From NCBI GenBank assembly GCA_965205975.1, contig OZ242195.1, positions 3,296,001 through 3,360,000 of the forward strand: a stretch of 64,000 nt of DNA, read 5' to 3'. This DNA is from Candidatus Latescibacterota bacterium (GTDB lineage: Bacteria; Latescibacterota; UBA2968). Shown one piece after another: positions 26,478-36,788 of this stretch; the first letter of the stretch is position 1; every line of letters begins with the position of its first letter. A program made the translations under genes and the position numbers. Below the pieces are notes generated by a model. That model saw nothing but the letters and a program-made list of their open reading frames with translations. It searched no databases and was not told the origin of the DNA.

Positions 26478-27754
26478 GCTTTTAGGGCTTCGTAATTTGC
26501 CTTGATAGTCGCGTCAATATCCGCGTCGGAATGAGCCAGAGAGACAAACGCAGCCTCAAACTGCGACGGAGCCAGATAAACACCTCGATTGAGCATCTCT
26601 CGAAAATACCGGGCGAACAAATCCTGATCACACGCATTGGCAGCATCGAATGACGCCACAGGTGCTTCCGTAAAAAACAAGGTCATAATCGACCCCACCC
26701 GATTGGTCTGATATTTCAATCCCAGAGATTTTAAGTTTTCCAGAATACCTGTCTCCAGAGTCTGCGCTTTTGCCTCCAACGCCTCATAAACACCCGGTTC
26801 TTGCAATCGCCTGAGTGTCTCATATCCCGCTGTCATAGCCAGGGGATTGCCCGACAATGTGCCGGCCTGCGACACCATTTTTCCCAGAGGCGAAATATCT
26901 GACATAATTTCTCGCCTGCCACCAAAAGCACCAACGGGCAACCCACCGCCAATAATCTTCCCCAGAGTCGTCAAGTCTGGCGTCACCCCATAAAGCTCCT
27001 GCGCCCCACCCTGGCTGACGCGAAACCCGGTGATGACCTCATCGAAAATCAGCACAATGCCCATCTCTGCCGTTATATCTCTCAACCCCTGCAAAAACCC
27101 TGGTGCCGGCGGAATCACCCCCATATTGCCAGCCACAGGCTCAACAATAACAGCCGCGATCTCATCCCTATTTTCCACAACGGCTTTTTCAACAGCTTCC
27201 AGATCATTAAAAGGCACAGTAATCGAATCCGCTGCAGTTCCAGGTGTAACCCCCGGACTGCTCGGCGCGCCCATCGTAAGTGCTGAAGACCCCGCCTGAA
27301 TCAGAAAACTATCGGCATGCCCGTGCCAGCATCCCTCAAATTTGACAATTTTGTTTCGCCCCGTGTGTCCGCGAGCCAGCCGAATAGCCGACATCGTGGC
27401 TTCTGTACCCGAATTTACCATCCGCACCATTTCCACGCTCGGCACCATTTCGGTGACCAATTGAGCCATCTTCACCTCAATTTCTGTCGGCGCGCCAAAA
27501 CTCGTGCCCCCAGCAGCCGCTGCATTGACAGCCGCGACAATTTCTGGATGTGCATGGCCCAAAATAAGCGGTCCCCAGGAACCCACAAAATCGATATAAG
27601 ATGCCCCATCGGCATCGACAATTCGCGCCCCCTCACCTTTCACAATAAAGAGCGGATCACCACCTACGGGGCCATAAGCTCTTGCGGGACTATTCACACC
27701 GCCGGGAATCACCTGTTGTGCTGCGTCAAATAGCGTTTTTGAACGCGTATTCAA
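26465..27754 (-). CDS. hemL: Glutamate-1-semialdehyde 2,1-aminomutase
   Basis: [43 protein letters not shown]. Confidence 0.96.
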   Translation of the reverse strand: MNTRSKTLFDAAQQVIPGGVNSPARAYGPVGGDPLFIVKGEGARIVDADGASYIDFVGSWGPLILGHAHPEIVAAVNAAAAGGTSFGAPTEIEVKMAQLVTEMVPSVEMVRMVNSGTEATMSAIRLARGHTGRNKIVKFEGCWHGHADSFLIQAGSSALTMGAPSSPGVTPGTAADSITVPFNDLEAVEKAVVENRDEIAAVIVEPVAGNMGVIPPAPGFLQGLRDITAEMGIVLIFDEVITGFRVSQGGAQELYGVTPDLTTLGKIIGGGLPVGAFGGRREIMSDISPLGKMVSQAGTLSGNPLAMTAGYETLRRLQEPGVYEALEAKAQTLETGILENLKSLGLKYQTNRVGSIMTLFFTEAPVASFDAANACDQDLFARYFREMLNRGVYLAPSQFEAAFVSLAHSDADIDATIKANYEALKACIN

Positions 27755-27842
27755 ATTACACCTCCGTGAGAAGACAAATAGAATTTCGAGACAACATCTT
27801 AATTACACCTCTCACTGTATCCTGTCAAGCTAATTCCTCCGC

Positions 27843-27871
27843 TTGCAAAACACGATCACAATCCGTATATT
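27843..27871 (+). promoter_or_regulatory. sigma70 promoter of tRNA-Arg
   Basis: TTGCAA-17-TATATT ending 9 nt before the tRNA. Confidence 0.65.
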
Positions 27872-27880
27872 ATCTGCACA

Positions 27881-27954
27881 GCGGCAGTAGCTCAATTGGA
27901 CAGAGCATCTGGCTTCGGACCAGAGGGTTGGGGGTTCGAGTCCTCTCTGCCGCA
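27881..27954 (+). tRNA. tRNA-Arg(UCG), CCA not encoded
   Basis: Acceptor GCGGCAG/CTGCCGC, anticodon arm TCTGG-CTTCGGA-CCAGA, GTTCGAG T-loop. Confidence 0.93.
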
Positions 27955-27962
27955 CTTTATTT

Positions 27963-27998
27963 TTCAGGCACTTAAAAATTAAGTGCCTGAATTTTTTT
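27963..27998 (+). terminator. Intrinsic terminator after tRNA-Arg
   Basis: TTCAGGCACTT-loop-AAGTGCCTGAA followed by T run. Confidence 0.75.
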
Positions 27999-28015
27999 CA
28001 TTTTTTATCATGTCA

Positions 28016-30760
28016 ATGAGCGATACAATCACCATCAGAGGTGCGCGTCAGCACAACCTCAAAAATATCGATCTGGATATTCCGCGCAACTGCCTCGTCG
28101 TCATCACCGGACCATCGGGGTCGGGAAAATCGTCGCTGGCCTTCGATACGGTCTATGCCGAAGGGCAACGCCGTTATGTGGAATCGCTATCCGCTTATGC
28201 GCGGCAATTTCTCGATCTCATGGACAAACCCGACGCCGACAGCATAGAAGGTCTCTCACCTGCTGTGGCAATCCAACAACGCGGCATCCCCCGCACACCG
28301 CGATCAACAGTGGGCACCATAACCGAAGTCTATGACTACTTGCGTCTCTTATTCGCCAGAATAGGCACGCCGCATTGTCCGATATGCAGCCAGACCATTG
28401 TGCGCCAGAGCGTCGCGCAAATTGTCGATCGCGTACTCGCACTGCCCGAAGGACAACGCCTCCAGATACTCGCGCCCTTGATCCGAAATGCCAAAGGCAC
28501 CCACCTGAGTACTTTCAACCAGTTGCGCAAGGAAGGCTATCTCAGGGTGCGCGTTGATGGCGAAGTTGCGTCACTGGATAGCGATATCGTTCTCGATAAA
28601 AAAATAGCGCACAATATCGAAGCCGTCATCGACCGCCTCGTTGTGCGCACGAACATGGCCGCACGCCTCGCGGACTCACTCGAAACAGCCCTCGACCTTG
28701 CCAACGGCACAGCCACACTCGACATCATTGACGATGAGGAATGGACGTTTTCCACGCGCTTTGCCTGCACAGAAGGCCACTTTGAAATCGAAGAAATAGA
28801 ACCGCGTCTCTTTACCTTCAACAGCCCGCACGGCGCTTGCCCCACTTGCAGCGGTACGGGTACAGTTTTTGAAGTCGATCCCGATCTCGTCGTACCCGAT
28901 CCTTCAAAATCCATCCTCGAAGGCGCGATTGCCCCCTGGGGTATCCCCAAGGGCAAACGCCAGGTAGAACAACTTCAACGCCTATCGCGCAACCTATCAT
29001 TCGATCCCTCAACACCCTTTTCCAAACTTTCCAAAACCGTTCAAAGAACAATCCTCAGAGAAAAAGCTGGCGTTATACCCGATCTCCAGCACCAATACAA
29101 AGAAGCTACCTCCGATGAAGCACGGGAAAAAATCGAACGTTTTATGCGCGGGCAAACCTGCCCCACCTGCCAGGGCACGTGCTTGCGCCCAGAAGCTCTC
29201 GCCGTCACAATTTCCAATTCTACAATTGCCGACATTGCCAGCATGCCCATTGCAAAAATCGGGCAATTCTTCCAAACTCTGGACCTCAAAAACAACGCAG
29301 CCGAGATCGCCGCCCCCCTCATACGCGAAATTGAAAACCGCCTTGCATTTCTCGTCGATGTCGGCGTGGGGTATCTCGCGCTCAATCGCAGAGCCGCAAC
29401 GCTTTCAGGTGGTGAATTTCAGCGCATTCGCCTCGCCACACAAATCGGAACCCGCCTCGTCGGTGTTCTCTACGTACTCGACGAACCCAGTATAGGCTTG
29501 CACCCCCGCGACAATCGCAAACTCATCGACACCTTCTGCAACCTGCGCGATTTGGGCAACTCGGTCATCGTGGTCGAACACGACCGCGAAGCCATGCAAA
29601 TGGCCGATCATCTCATCGACCTGGGGCCAGGCGCGGGCGAACAAGGCGGCAAAATTATCTCACAGGGACCGCCAGAAACCGTGATCGCCGACGAAAATTC
29701 TCTCACTGGCAATTATCTCTCCGGTCGAAAAACCATTCCTCTCCCCCCCGACATTCGCCAACCTCGTGGGCATCTCTCAATCAGGGGCGCCAACGGACAC
29801 AACTTGCAAAACATCGATATCGATATTCCACTGGGGGTCTTTGTATGCGTCACCGGCGTATCCGGCTCGGGCAAAAGCTCGCTCATCAATCACACCCTGT
29901 ATCCCGCGCTCGCCCGGCAACTCCATCGCGCCAGCACAGAACCCTTATCCCACACATCTATCGAAGGCGTTGAACAAATCGACAAAGTCATTCGCATAGA
30001 CCAATCCCCAATCGGGCGCACCCCGCGATCAAATGCCGCCACATACACGGGCCTCTTCACAGCAATACGCGAACTCTATGCCCAACTGCCCGAATCCCGA
30101 GTGCGCGGTTACGGTGCCGGGCGCTTCAGCTTCAACATCAAAGGCGGGCGCTGCGAAGCCTGCCAGGGCGATGGCCTGCGCCGTATCGAAATGCACTTCC
30201 TGCCCGATGTTTTCGTCACCTGCGACGTATGCGGTGGCAGTCGATACAACAGAGAAACCCTTGAGATCCGATACAAAGGCACTTCAATTGCCGACGTCTT
30301 AAACCTCACAGTAAATCGTGCCCGAACCTTCTTCCGCAACATCCCAGCCGCACAGCGACAACTCAAATCACTCGCCGACGTGGGCCTGGGTTATCTCCGC
30401 CTCGGTCAACCGGCCACATCCCTCTCTAGCGGCGAGGCACAGCGCGTCAAACTCGCAACCGAACTGGCGCGAACCGCCACGGGCAAAACGCTTTACCTCC
30501 TTGACGAACCCACCACGGGATTGCACTTTGACGACATCCGCGTCCTCATCGAAGTACTCGACCGCCTCGTTGACCGCGGCAACACCATCCTCATCATAGA
30601 ACACAACCTCGACATCGTCAAACGCGCAGACTGGGTCATCGACCTCGGACCCGACGCAGGTGAAGACGGCGGACACATCGTCGCAACCGGTACGCCAGAA
30701 ACCATCGCCCAAAATCCATCTTCTCACACGGGCTGTTTCCTCAAAGAGTATCGCGGATGA
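28016..30760 (+). CDS. uvrA: Excinuclease ABC subunit A
   Basis: GARQHNLKN, two Walker A ([18 protein letters not shown]), LSGGE signature, Zn fingers; start 28010 or 28016. Confidence 0.97.
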   Translation: MSDTITIRGARQHNLKNIDLDIPRNCLVVITGPSGSGKSSLAFDTVYAEGQRRYVESLSAYARQFLDLMDKPDADSIEGLSPAVAIQQRGIPRTPRSTVGTITEVYDYLRLLFARIGTPHCPICSQTIVRQSVAQIVDRVLALPEGQRLQILAPLIRNAKGTHLSTFNQLRKEGYLRVRVDGEVASLDSDIVLDKKIAHNIEAVIDRLVVRTNMAARLADSLETALDLANGTATLDIIDDEEWTFSTRFACTEGHFEIEEIEPRLFTFNSPHGACPTCSGTGTVFEVDPDLVVPDPSKSILEGAIAPWGIPKGKRQVEQLQRLSRNLSFDPSTPFSKLSKTVQRTILREKAGVIPDLQHQYKEATSDEAREKIERFMRGQTCPTCQGTCLRPEALAVTISNSTIADIASMPIAKIGQFFQTLDLKNNAAEIAAPLIREIENRLAFLVDVGVGYLALNRRAATLSGGEFQRIRLATQIGTRLVGVLYVLDEPSIGLHPRDNRKLIDTFCNLRDLGNSVIVVEHDREAMQMADHLIDLGPGAGEQGGKIISQGPPETVIADENSLTGNYLSGRKTIPLPPDIRQPRGHLSIRGANGHNLQNIDIDIPLGVFVCVTGVSGSGKSSLINHTLYPALARQLHRASTEPLSHTSIEGVEQIDKVIRIDQSPIGRTPRSNAATYTGLFTAIRELYAQLPESRVRGYGAGRFSFNIKGGRCEACQGDGLRRIEMHFLPDVFVTCDVCGGSRYNRETLEIRYKGTSIADVLNLTVNRARTFFRNIPAAQRQLKSLADVGLGYLRLGQPATSLSSGEAQRVKLATELARTATGKTLYLLDEPTTGLHFDDIRVLIEVLDRLVDRGNTILIIEHNLDIVKRADWVIDLGPDAGEDGGHIVATGTPETIAQNPSSHTGCFLKEYRG
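30720..30747 (+). repeat. uvrA 3'-end sequence, copy 1 (repeated at 34830-34857)
   Basis: CTTCTCACACGGGCTGTTTCCTCAAAGA vs CTTCTCACACGGGATGTTTCCTCAAAGA, 27/28 identical. Confidence 0.9.
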
Positions 30761-30802
30761 CGCGGATTAACGGATGACACGGATTAAAAAGTCGTTGAAA
30801 AT

Positions 30803-30841
30803 AAAAAGTGCCCCGACAAATATCACCGGGGCGTTTTTTAA
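30803..30841. terminator. uvrA terminator hairpin (related copies at about 32110-32148 and 34878-34914)
   Basis: AAAAGTGCCCCGACAAATATCACCGGGGCGTTTTTT. Confidence 0.7.
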
Positions 30842-30966
30842 TATTTCCCATTCTGTACACAATCGTTCAGACACTCCGAATTGTGGATATCAAAGCGAAT
30901 CAAAAAAAGATATTCAATGGCGCGTTCCCTGTTCCTTTACTCTAATGCCCATTGTCAAAATGTCGC

Positions 30967-31374
30967 TTATTTGTGATCGTCTATTCCACTCCCATTTTTC
31001 TCTTTTAGTGCCGCACGGATGACCGCCAGGTCAATATTCGGATATTTCTCTTGAATTGTCGCAAATACTTCCTGGTGTCCCTCTTGCCGACCTTCTTCGT
31101 AGCGTTTTCTGCGATATTTTTCAATTGGAACAAGCATGAGATTCCTGCCCTCCATTAAAAAAAATGTTAAGGTGATTGCCGAAAGACCTATTGGGCCAAT
31201 AATTTTTATGGAATCAAAGATCGCCTCATTGGTGAAACCATCTTGCATAATATGACAAAGGGCAAACCACAACCCAACAGCAAAGAATGCCAAAGAGAGG
31301 CCTACAAAGAACAATCTTTCCCTATCCCCAACACTCCAAATGGATACTCTTTCGCCGTCTGTTTTTCCTACCAT
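30967..31374 (-). CDS. Hypothetical two-TM membrane protein with charged C-tail
   Basis: Two hydrophobic helices then KRYEEGRQEG segment. Confidence 0.6.
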   Translation of the reverse strand: MVGKTDGERVSIWSVGDRERLFFVGLSLAFFAVGLWFALCHIMQDGFTNEAIFDSIKIIGPIGLSAITLTFFLMEGRNLMLVPIEKYRRKRYEEGRQEGHQEVFATIQEKYPNIDLAVIRAALKEKNGSGIDDHK

Positions 31375-31431
31375 AATCCAATCCAGTGAAGCCGTGCCCT
31401 ATGCACTGTAAAGTGTCAGACACTATTTGAG

Positions 31432-31692
31432 TCATGGGAAAAAAACGCGATAGAGCGCACACGCCGCAATAACCGCCGCAATCGTTGTTGCCCAACGCCA
31501 GCGGTTGACCTCACCGATTTTGCTATCCACTGCGTCAAAACGCGAGAGCAAAAACTTGTTGTCTTCGCGCAGGCCGTTGATTGCCTGAACCAGCATCATT
31601 TGAGCGTCCTCAAAGCGTTTGCTGAACTGGTCAAATTGCCCCTCTTGTTTGGCTTGCTTTTGGGCAATACCTTCAATGGTTTCAGTAGCCAT
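31432..31692 (-). CDS. Hypothetical coiled-coil protein with C-terminal TM anchor
   Basis: ATG 31692 behind AAGGG; heptad-like N-terminus, WATTIAAVIAACAL tail. Confidence 0.6.
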   Translation of the reverse strand: MATETIEGIAQKQAKQEGQFDQFSKRFEDAQMMLVQAINGLREDNKFLLSRFDAVDSKIGEVNRWRWATTIAAVIAACALYRVFFP

Positions 31693-31906
31693 GTGCAATC
31701 CCTTTTCTGCCAGTGATCCGAACATATCCAAATCTATTTGATTTCACACGTCGCGTCAAGTCTCCGATGATCCACGGATGAGATCCATGAGACCCTTCCT
31801 GATTTGGAACACACGCAACTGTCAGAATCCAAAGCAAATATCATGCCAATGTCACAGCATCGCGCGACAAATTGTATGGACAGCACTCAAATACCCGTAT
31901 TATGTC

Positions 31907-32018
31907 CTTGTTCACAACCTGAATTTAAATCCGCAGATGGCCGCAGATGGGCACAGATGAAAGGCGAAAGGGTACATTTTGAGCTATTAATGCGTGGTCA
32001 TGTGAAAGATATGTACCG
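31907..32018 (+). repeat. About 115-120-bp dispersed element, copy 1 (inverted copy at 43113-43234)
   Basis: ACAACCTGAATTT-ATCCGCAGATG repeats-AAAGGCGAAAGGGTACATTTTGA...ATGTGAAAGATATGTACCG shared by both copies. Confidence 0.85.
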
Positions 32019-32259
32019 CTTGCCCATTTGTATGTTTCAAACATAGAGTATTCTCAGGAATGCCTCAAGAGCTTATGACCTTGAATTTGACACGTTTCAA
32101 GCCAAAAGAGAAAAGTGCCTCGACAAACATCGTCGAGGCACTTCTTTGACGTGGTATGTCAGCTACAGAGAACAAAAATCCATTCTTGCACGGTGGATCA
32201 TGTATGTCCTTCTACTCAAAATTTAGCTCGAGTTCCCTTCAGATAATCAGGGTTGAAGA

Positions 32260-32538
32260 TCAAGCAAAAGTCTGCCAAAGTGTTTCTGTATCTCGTTCTT
32301 TGAGCAATTGATTCTCTTGTAGGAGTACGCGGACTTGCTCGTCCTTTTTCACGAGACGCGAGGACAGATCAGTGACCATCTGTCTCCCAATCTCGGTGCG
32401 TGCCTTAAAGTCCGCACGCTCACGCCGGAATTGTTCCTGTTCTCTTTTTCGCTTTTGGAACTGATCAACGCCCCACACTACGGAACCGATAACGATTCCG
32501 CCGAGCGCAACTACACCAGCAACCTGATAGTAATTCAT
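32260..32538 (-). CDS. Hypothetical single-TM coiled-coil protein
   Basis: AAGGA RBS; N-terminal TM followed by charged helix. Confidence 0.7.
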   Translation of the reverse strand: MNYYQVAGVVALGGIVIGSVVWGVDQFQKRKREQEQFRRERADFKARTEIGRQMVTDLSSRLVKKDEQVRVLLQENQLLKERDTETLWQTFA

Positions 32539-32553
32539 ATTTTTTCCTTTCGA

Positions 32554-34047
32554 TTACGATCTGATAACACTTAAGGATGGCCCGGCAGTTTGAGACATCA
32601 CTTGCTCAAAGAGCGCGTCGGTCTCATCGCATGCGCGAACCACTGATTCGTATTCGTGTTCTATTTCATCCCAGATCATGTGCAGACGTGATACTTCCTG
32701 CAGATCCTCCTCGATAGCGATCTCCAGCTTTCTGTCAGCTTCCCGTACCCGAGCGATGCCCCACCGACCACCTATCTGAGCCCCGACTAGAATCGGGACA
32801 CCAGCGATTCCAAGGGGCGCAAGAACCAATGGCAACACATCAAGAGCAGACTTGACAGCGCTGCCAGCCACCGCATTCGCAACAGAAATGTCCCCTTGGC
32901 GTGCGGATCTGATCTCTGAAAACAGATCGGTCCCCACAGCTATGAAACAGAACCCAGCGGCAACTCCATTCTGCGCCACCGCCTTCGCCGCCTCAGGCGT
33001 CATTCCAAGCGATGACGCAGCGTGAAAGATACCAGCGTCCGCTATTGCACCTCCAGCACCGAAAAGTGCTCCTTTACCTGCAGCCTTACCTACTTCGGCG
33101 ACATCGATATCGCCGCCAGAGGCTGCCTGAACAATTAGGGATAGAATCGCTGCAGTTGCCGCCGCAAAAGCAGCACCTCCAGCCACTCGAGTTGCTACAT
33201 TGCGCGATTGGTAAGCCATCGCGATATCATCCCGCAATTGTTGAAGCTGCCGACGAGCAACCGGGTCGAGTCCATCATCTGCGTACCTACTAATATTCTC
33301 GACGAGTTGCTCCGCCTGTGCGTCCAAATCCTTGATACCGCGTAACTGGACTTTCGCCTCCTGTAGCCGACGAGCCTCGCGAGCAGTAAAGCCGTCTGGT
33401 GCTACTCGTGGTGTACCGTCAGGATTGACGAAACGGGAATCGACATATCCGACTTGTCCGTATCCGGGCGATTCAGCCATCCGCACCAACTCACGAGAAA
33501 CATATCGACTCGATCCCGTTTTAACCTGACCGTTTAGCTTAGTTATCAACATTCCGTCTTTAGTGCGAAACTGGAATACCAGATCCTTTCGGCTCGTGTG
33601 ATCCGGCGAAAGCCGAATGTCATAGACATTCGTGGCGATTTTATGCGGGGAATTAGTAATACCTGGATCTCGGCCAGCGTGAAGGTCGAGGTAATATTTA
33701 GCAACCACCACTTCCGCCCCTTTGCCCTTTGGATTGGCTCCGGAGACGAGGCTCTCGAGTTCTTTTCCGCTCGTCACCAACCGCTCACACGTTTCTGGCC
33801 GGAGTCCATTTGGAAGTGCAGTACCATCACTTACTGCTCGAGCAGCTTGAGCCGCCTCTCGGGATCCCGCTGCGACCAAGGGCTGGGTCTGACGGACAGC
33901 TTCGGAAAAAACTCGACCTTGATCAATAACACCCGGATCCGTAACTGCACGCGGCGTTATTGTCGGTGCGATCGCGGCATTGGGTGTCACTGCAACAGCG
34001 GAACCGGCTATTGACCGGCCCTTGCCCTTTTTGCGTTTATCTGCCAT
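32554..34047 (-). CDS. Hypothetical protein: putative PD-(D/E)xK-like N-terminal domain plus Gly/Ala-rich membrane hairpins and coiled coil
   Basis: GKGAE...D...GQVKTG motif; hydrophobic glycine-zipper stretches; GGAGG RBS. Confidence 0.65.
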   Translation of the reverse strand: MADKRKKGKGRSIAGSAVAVTPNAAIAPTITPRAVTDPGVIDQGRVFSEAVRQTQPLVAAGSREAAQAARAVSDGTALPNGLRPETCERLVTSGKELESLVSGANPKGKGAEVVVAKYYLDLHAGRDPGITNSPHKIATNVYDIRLSPDHTSRKDLVFQFRTKDGMLITKLNGQVKTGSSRYVSRELVRMAESPGYGQVGYVDSRFVNPDGTPRVAPDGFTAREARRLQEAKVQLRGIKDLDAQAEQLVENISRYADDGLDPVARRQLQQLRDDIAMAYQSRNVATRVAGGAAFAAATAAILSLIVQAASGGDIDVAEVGKAAGKGALFGAGGAIADAGIFHAASSLGMTPEAAKAVAQNGVAAGFCFIAVGTDLFSEIRSARQGDISVANAVAGSAVKSALDVLPLVLAPLGIAGVPILVGAQIGGRWGIARVREADRKLEIAIEEDLQEVSRLHMIWDEIEHEYESVVRACDETDALFEQVMSQTAGPSLSVIRS

Positions 34048-34057
34048 ATAAACCCTC

Positions 34058-34138
34058 CTAAAAAATTAATTCGACTTTTCTATTGCTTCCACTACTCCCA
34101 CCTTTACTACCACCGCGACTAACGTTTGATTTACCTAT
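34058..34138 (-). pseudogene. Degenerate Gly-rich micro-ORF (start mutated to ATA), paralogue of 36636-36737
   Basis: AAAGGAGGT RBS then ATA-GKSNVSRGGSKGGSSG. Confidence 0.55.
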
Positions 34139-34216
34139 TTTCTTACCTCCTTTCTCGTTGGCATCCATCGCCTCAGAGGAATACTACCCAATTGAAACGA
34201 TCATTTTCTCGCATGT

Positions 34217-34459
34217 TCAGTACAGTTCTGTTCTGCGCGTTCGCATAGCATCTGCTTGATCAATCTCTTTTCCCAGTGCCAAGAGATGCGCTGGGCGACC
34301 AAAAGGCTTTAGTGGTCGACGAGGCGAGGCACCGCAATCTAAATTCGGCTTGTTGCGGTTGAGATGCCGAATTTGTCTATGCGCTCTTAGCGCACTGTCT
34401 AATAGGGGTATTTCATCAAGGAAAACAAGGCCAGAGTGGCCATCTTCGGCATCGCTCAT
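34217..34459 (-). pseudogene. Internally deleted copy of the 36789-38543 gene
   Basis: MSDAEDGHSGLVF matches its N-terminus and is fused in frame to RAHRQIRHLNR...AHLLALGKEIDQADAMRTRRTELY, its C-terminus. Confidence 0.85.
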
Positions 34460-34534
34460 ACCGACTCCTCTACTAAGCAAGCCATATCCCTGTAGAACAA
34501 TCAACTCAGGATTTTGAGATCCTGTTTCAAATTG

Positions 34535-34609
34535 CGAACCCGCAGGATTCCCGACAGAAGAAGTGTCGAGACCGGAAGAGATGCAAACTGCATCAAAGCA
34601 CGAGGTTCG
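34535..34609 (-). ncRNA. Putative structured 5'-leader RNA, copy A
   Basis: Three-way junction just after promoter TTGACA(34643)-16-TATTCT; covaries with copy B. Confidence 0.6.
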
Positions 34610-34676
34610 ACCCAAAGAATAGCCAATTTGTCTGGATTGTCAACCCATATTTGGAAAATTCAAAGAATTTTTCAAC

Positions 34677-34710
34677 TGGATTCCCGCTACAAGCCTGCGG
34701 GAATGACGGG
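34677..34710. repeat. dRS3-like palindrome (GGATTCCCGC...GCGGGAATGAC)
   Basis: CTGGATTCCCGCTACAAGCCTGCGGGAATGACGG. Confidence 0.55.
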
Positions 34711-34829
34711 TGAGGAATATGGGAGTGATAAGTCGGGCGTTTGTCTTTCACCCTTCACTCGCATTCCCAACAAAAAACGCCCCAGCGATTGCCGGAATAA
34801 TGATCTCTCCAATTTACAGATCCCGCCAC

Positions 34830-34857
34830 CTTCTCACACGGGATGTTTCCTCAAAGA
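34830..34857 (+). repeat. uvrA 3'-end sequence, copy 2 (junction between the two cassette units)
   Basis: 27/28 identical to 30720-30747 and followed by a related terminator. Confidence 0.9.
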
Positions 34858-34971
34858 AATTGTAACCGCAAAAAAATAAACTGCCCCGACAATATCTGTC
34901 AGAGCAGTTTTTTAATCTTCTGTCATGGTCTATCAGCTATCTAAAATAATAACCCATTCTCGCCCAGCAGA

Positions 34972-36399
34972 TCAGGTACCTCCTTCTCTACACAGATAAT
35001 TTTTTATTATTTCCCGCAAATCAGGAAATTGAAGCAACCCATCACTATCTCGGACTTGCTTTGAACATCGATTTATATCTTCTGCGATCTTTTTTAAACC
35101 TATGATTTCGCGCGCTCCCATCCATCTACTCTGCAAGAGGATGTTATTGTCCTCAATGTCGAATTTATAGCCCCATTTATCGCGTTTCAAGTAAAGTTCT
35201 GTACCTTTGAGTACATTGAGTGGAAAAAGATAGAGTCCTCGCGGACAGGCATCTATAGCCCTTTCATAGCTCGACAGAAAATTGTCTAACGATTGAAATG
35301 GCAATCCAAAAATAAGATGGAGATCAAAGGGGACATTGAATCGATGTAATAGTTCAATCGCCTGATCAATTTTTGGATAATTATTCCCTCAATCTATGGC
35401 TTTAGACTCCTTTTCTTCAAAAGTTTGAACACCAAATTCAAGCCAAACGTCATGATTTCTACAAAATTCCAGGAATTGCTCACCGTCCTTAAGGCAAAGC
35501 AATTCCAATCGGCACTGAAAGTAGAATCTCGCCCGAATTCCTAAAGCCTCTATTTTTTTACAGATTGCTAAATAGTGATCTGCCCGGAGATTGAATATCG
35601 GATCGAGTACGTTAATCTCTTGAACTCCCTTCTCTTTGAAATACTCAAGCTCTTGAAAAAGTCGTCCGTGATTGATTTCTGCTGTCTTATGTCCTGCCAA
35701 ACGAAACTGACAAAACGAACATTGGTATGGACACCGACGCAGAGTCTCCCAACGGACAAATGCTTGGTTTTGTTCAACTGGGAGGATGTGACTCAAGTAG
35801 GGAGACTCTAACTTATCCAAATCAGGGGGAAAGCTGCGGTCACATTCTCCCTTTTTGAGAGTTTCAGGCGTGTAAATCGCATACTTGATTAAAAAGTGGC
35901 GATCTGGTGTCTCACAACGAGATATTGCGTTGATCAATTCCGTGAAAGGCACCTCTCCTTCTCCTTTAACAAAATAATCCACTCCGGGATACTCTTTTGC
36001 CAAGCTGTGATCGCCATAAGTAACTTGTGGACCACCCAAAATAATTATTATCTCTGGGTATTGGACCTTAGCCCAACGAACTACATCTGGAACGTATTTC
36101 TCGTTCCAAATATAACCCCCAAGTGCGAGAAATTTCGGACGGCTCTCCTCAATGAGTTTCAATACATCACGAACTCTAAAGTTGGGAGAATTCAGATTGA
36201 AGTTTTTGAATTCTGATTTTACATCCCCGGTTTGATTTTTCCTGAAATAAGCCTCTATAGAGGCCATAGCAAGCGGTCTTCTCAGATCTTTAGGCCGCGA
36301 CCAATCTAAAGAGATAAACAACAGATCTAACTGGGTTGAGGAATCAACTGAGAATTCGGAGGAATGGGCTTTATCAGCACATTTGTCAGTGATTTGCAT
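34972..36399 (-). pseudogene. B12-binding radical SAM protein interrupted by an in-frame TGA at 35389-35391
   Basis: B12-domain motifs (YIWN, GGPQV, GEGE), CPYQCSFC; frame continues past TGA as GNNY...DLHLIFGLPFQS to 34972. Confidence 0.8.
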
Positions 36400-36462
36400 T
36401 TTGGAACTCCTTTCGCAAATGGCATTAAGGGGACGATGTTTCTATCCCAGTTGTCGTGAAAG

Positions 36463-36530
36463 GATGCATCGGGGCACAATCCCAAAGGGATCAAGAGTGA
36501 GGCTATTGGAGCCTCGAAGTGCGACGCATC
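36463..36530 (-). ncRNA. Putative structured intergenic RNA upstream of the radical SAM gene
   Basis: Outer stem GATGCGTCG/CGATGCATC enclosing hairpins GAGGCT/AGCCTC and GATCCC/GGGATT. Confidence 0.4.
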
Positions 36531-36635
36531 GGGAGGGAATACTTTTGAAGCTATTTATTGGCAGAGGTGTTGACGGGTAAAAGAGATACCGTGGTCAGCA
36601 CCAGCCAATTACTTGCGTTTTGGCGGAGCGTTGGT

Positions 36636-36737
36636 TTAACCGCCGCATGAGGGATTGCCGGTTCTACTGGGCCAGCCAGCACCTTGTCCACGGCTGCTGC
36701 CTTGACCACCACCGCGATTAATTCTTGATTTCGCCAT
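36636..36737 (-). CDS. Gly-rich micro-peptide MAKSRINRGGGQGSSRGQGAGWPSRTGNPSCGG (possibly truncated; read-through adds TNAPPKRK to 36609)
   Basis: Strong RBS AAAGGAGGTGA about 5 nt before ATG; paralogous remnant at 34058-34138. Confidence 0.65.
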   Translation of the reverse strand: MAKSRINRGGGQGSSRGQGAGWPSRTGNPSCGG

Positions 36738-36788
36738 AATATCACCTCCTTTCTCATTGTTATTTATCGCCTCAGAGAGACACTATAA

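Noticed and set aside
27881..27954. tRNA-Arg as an island integration site
   Set aside because: No duplicate of its 3' end seen in the window
30720..34857. Prophage or integrative element with attL/attR in uvrA
   Set aside because: No integrase or phage genes, and the rfbB-side sequence is duplicated too, which fits tandem duplication better
35389..35391. Selenocysteine or alternative genetic code at the rSAM TGA
   Set aside because: Context suggests an Arg position, and many other genes in the window end in TGA; kept only as a check
36420..36600. Cobalamin riboswitch upstream of the B12-rSAM gene
   Set aside because: No recognisable B12-box or GCCACTG consensus
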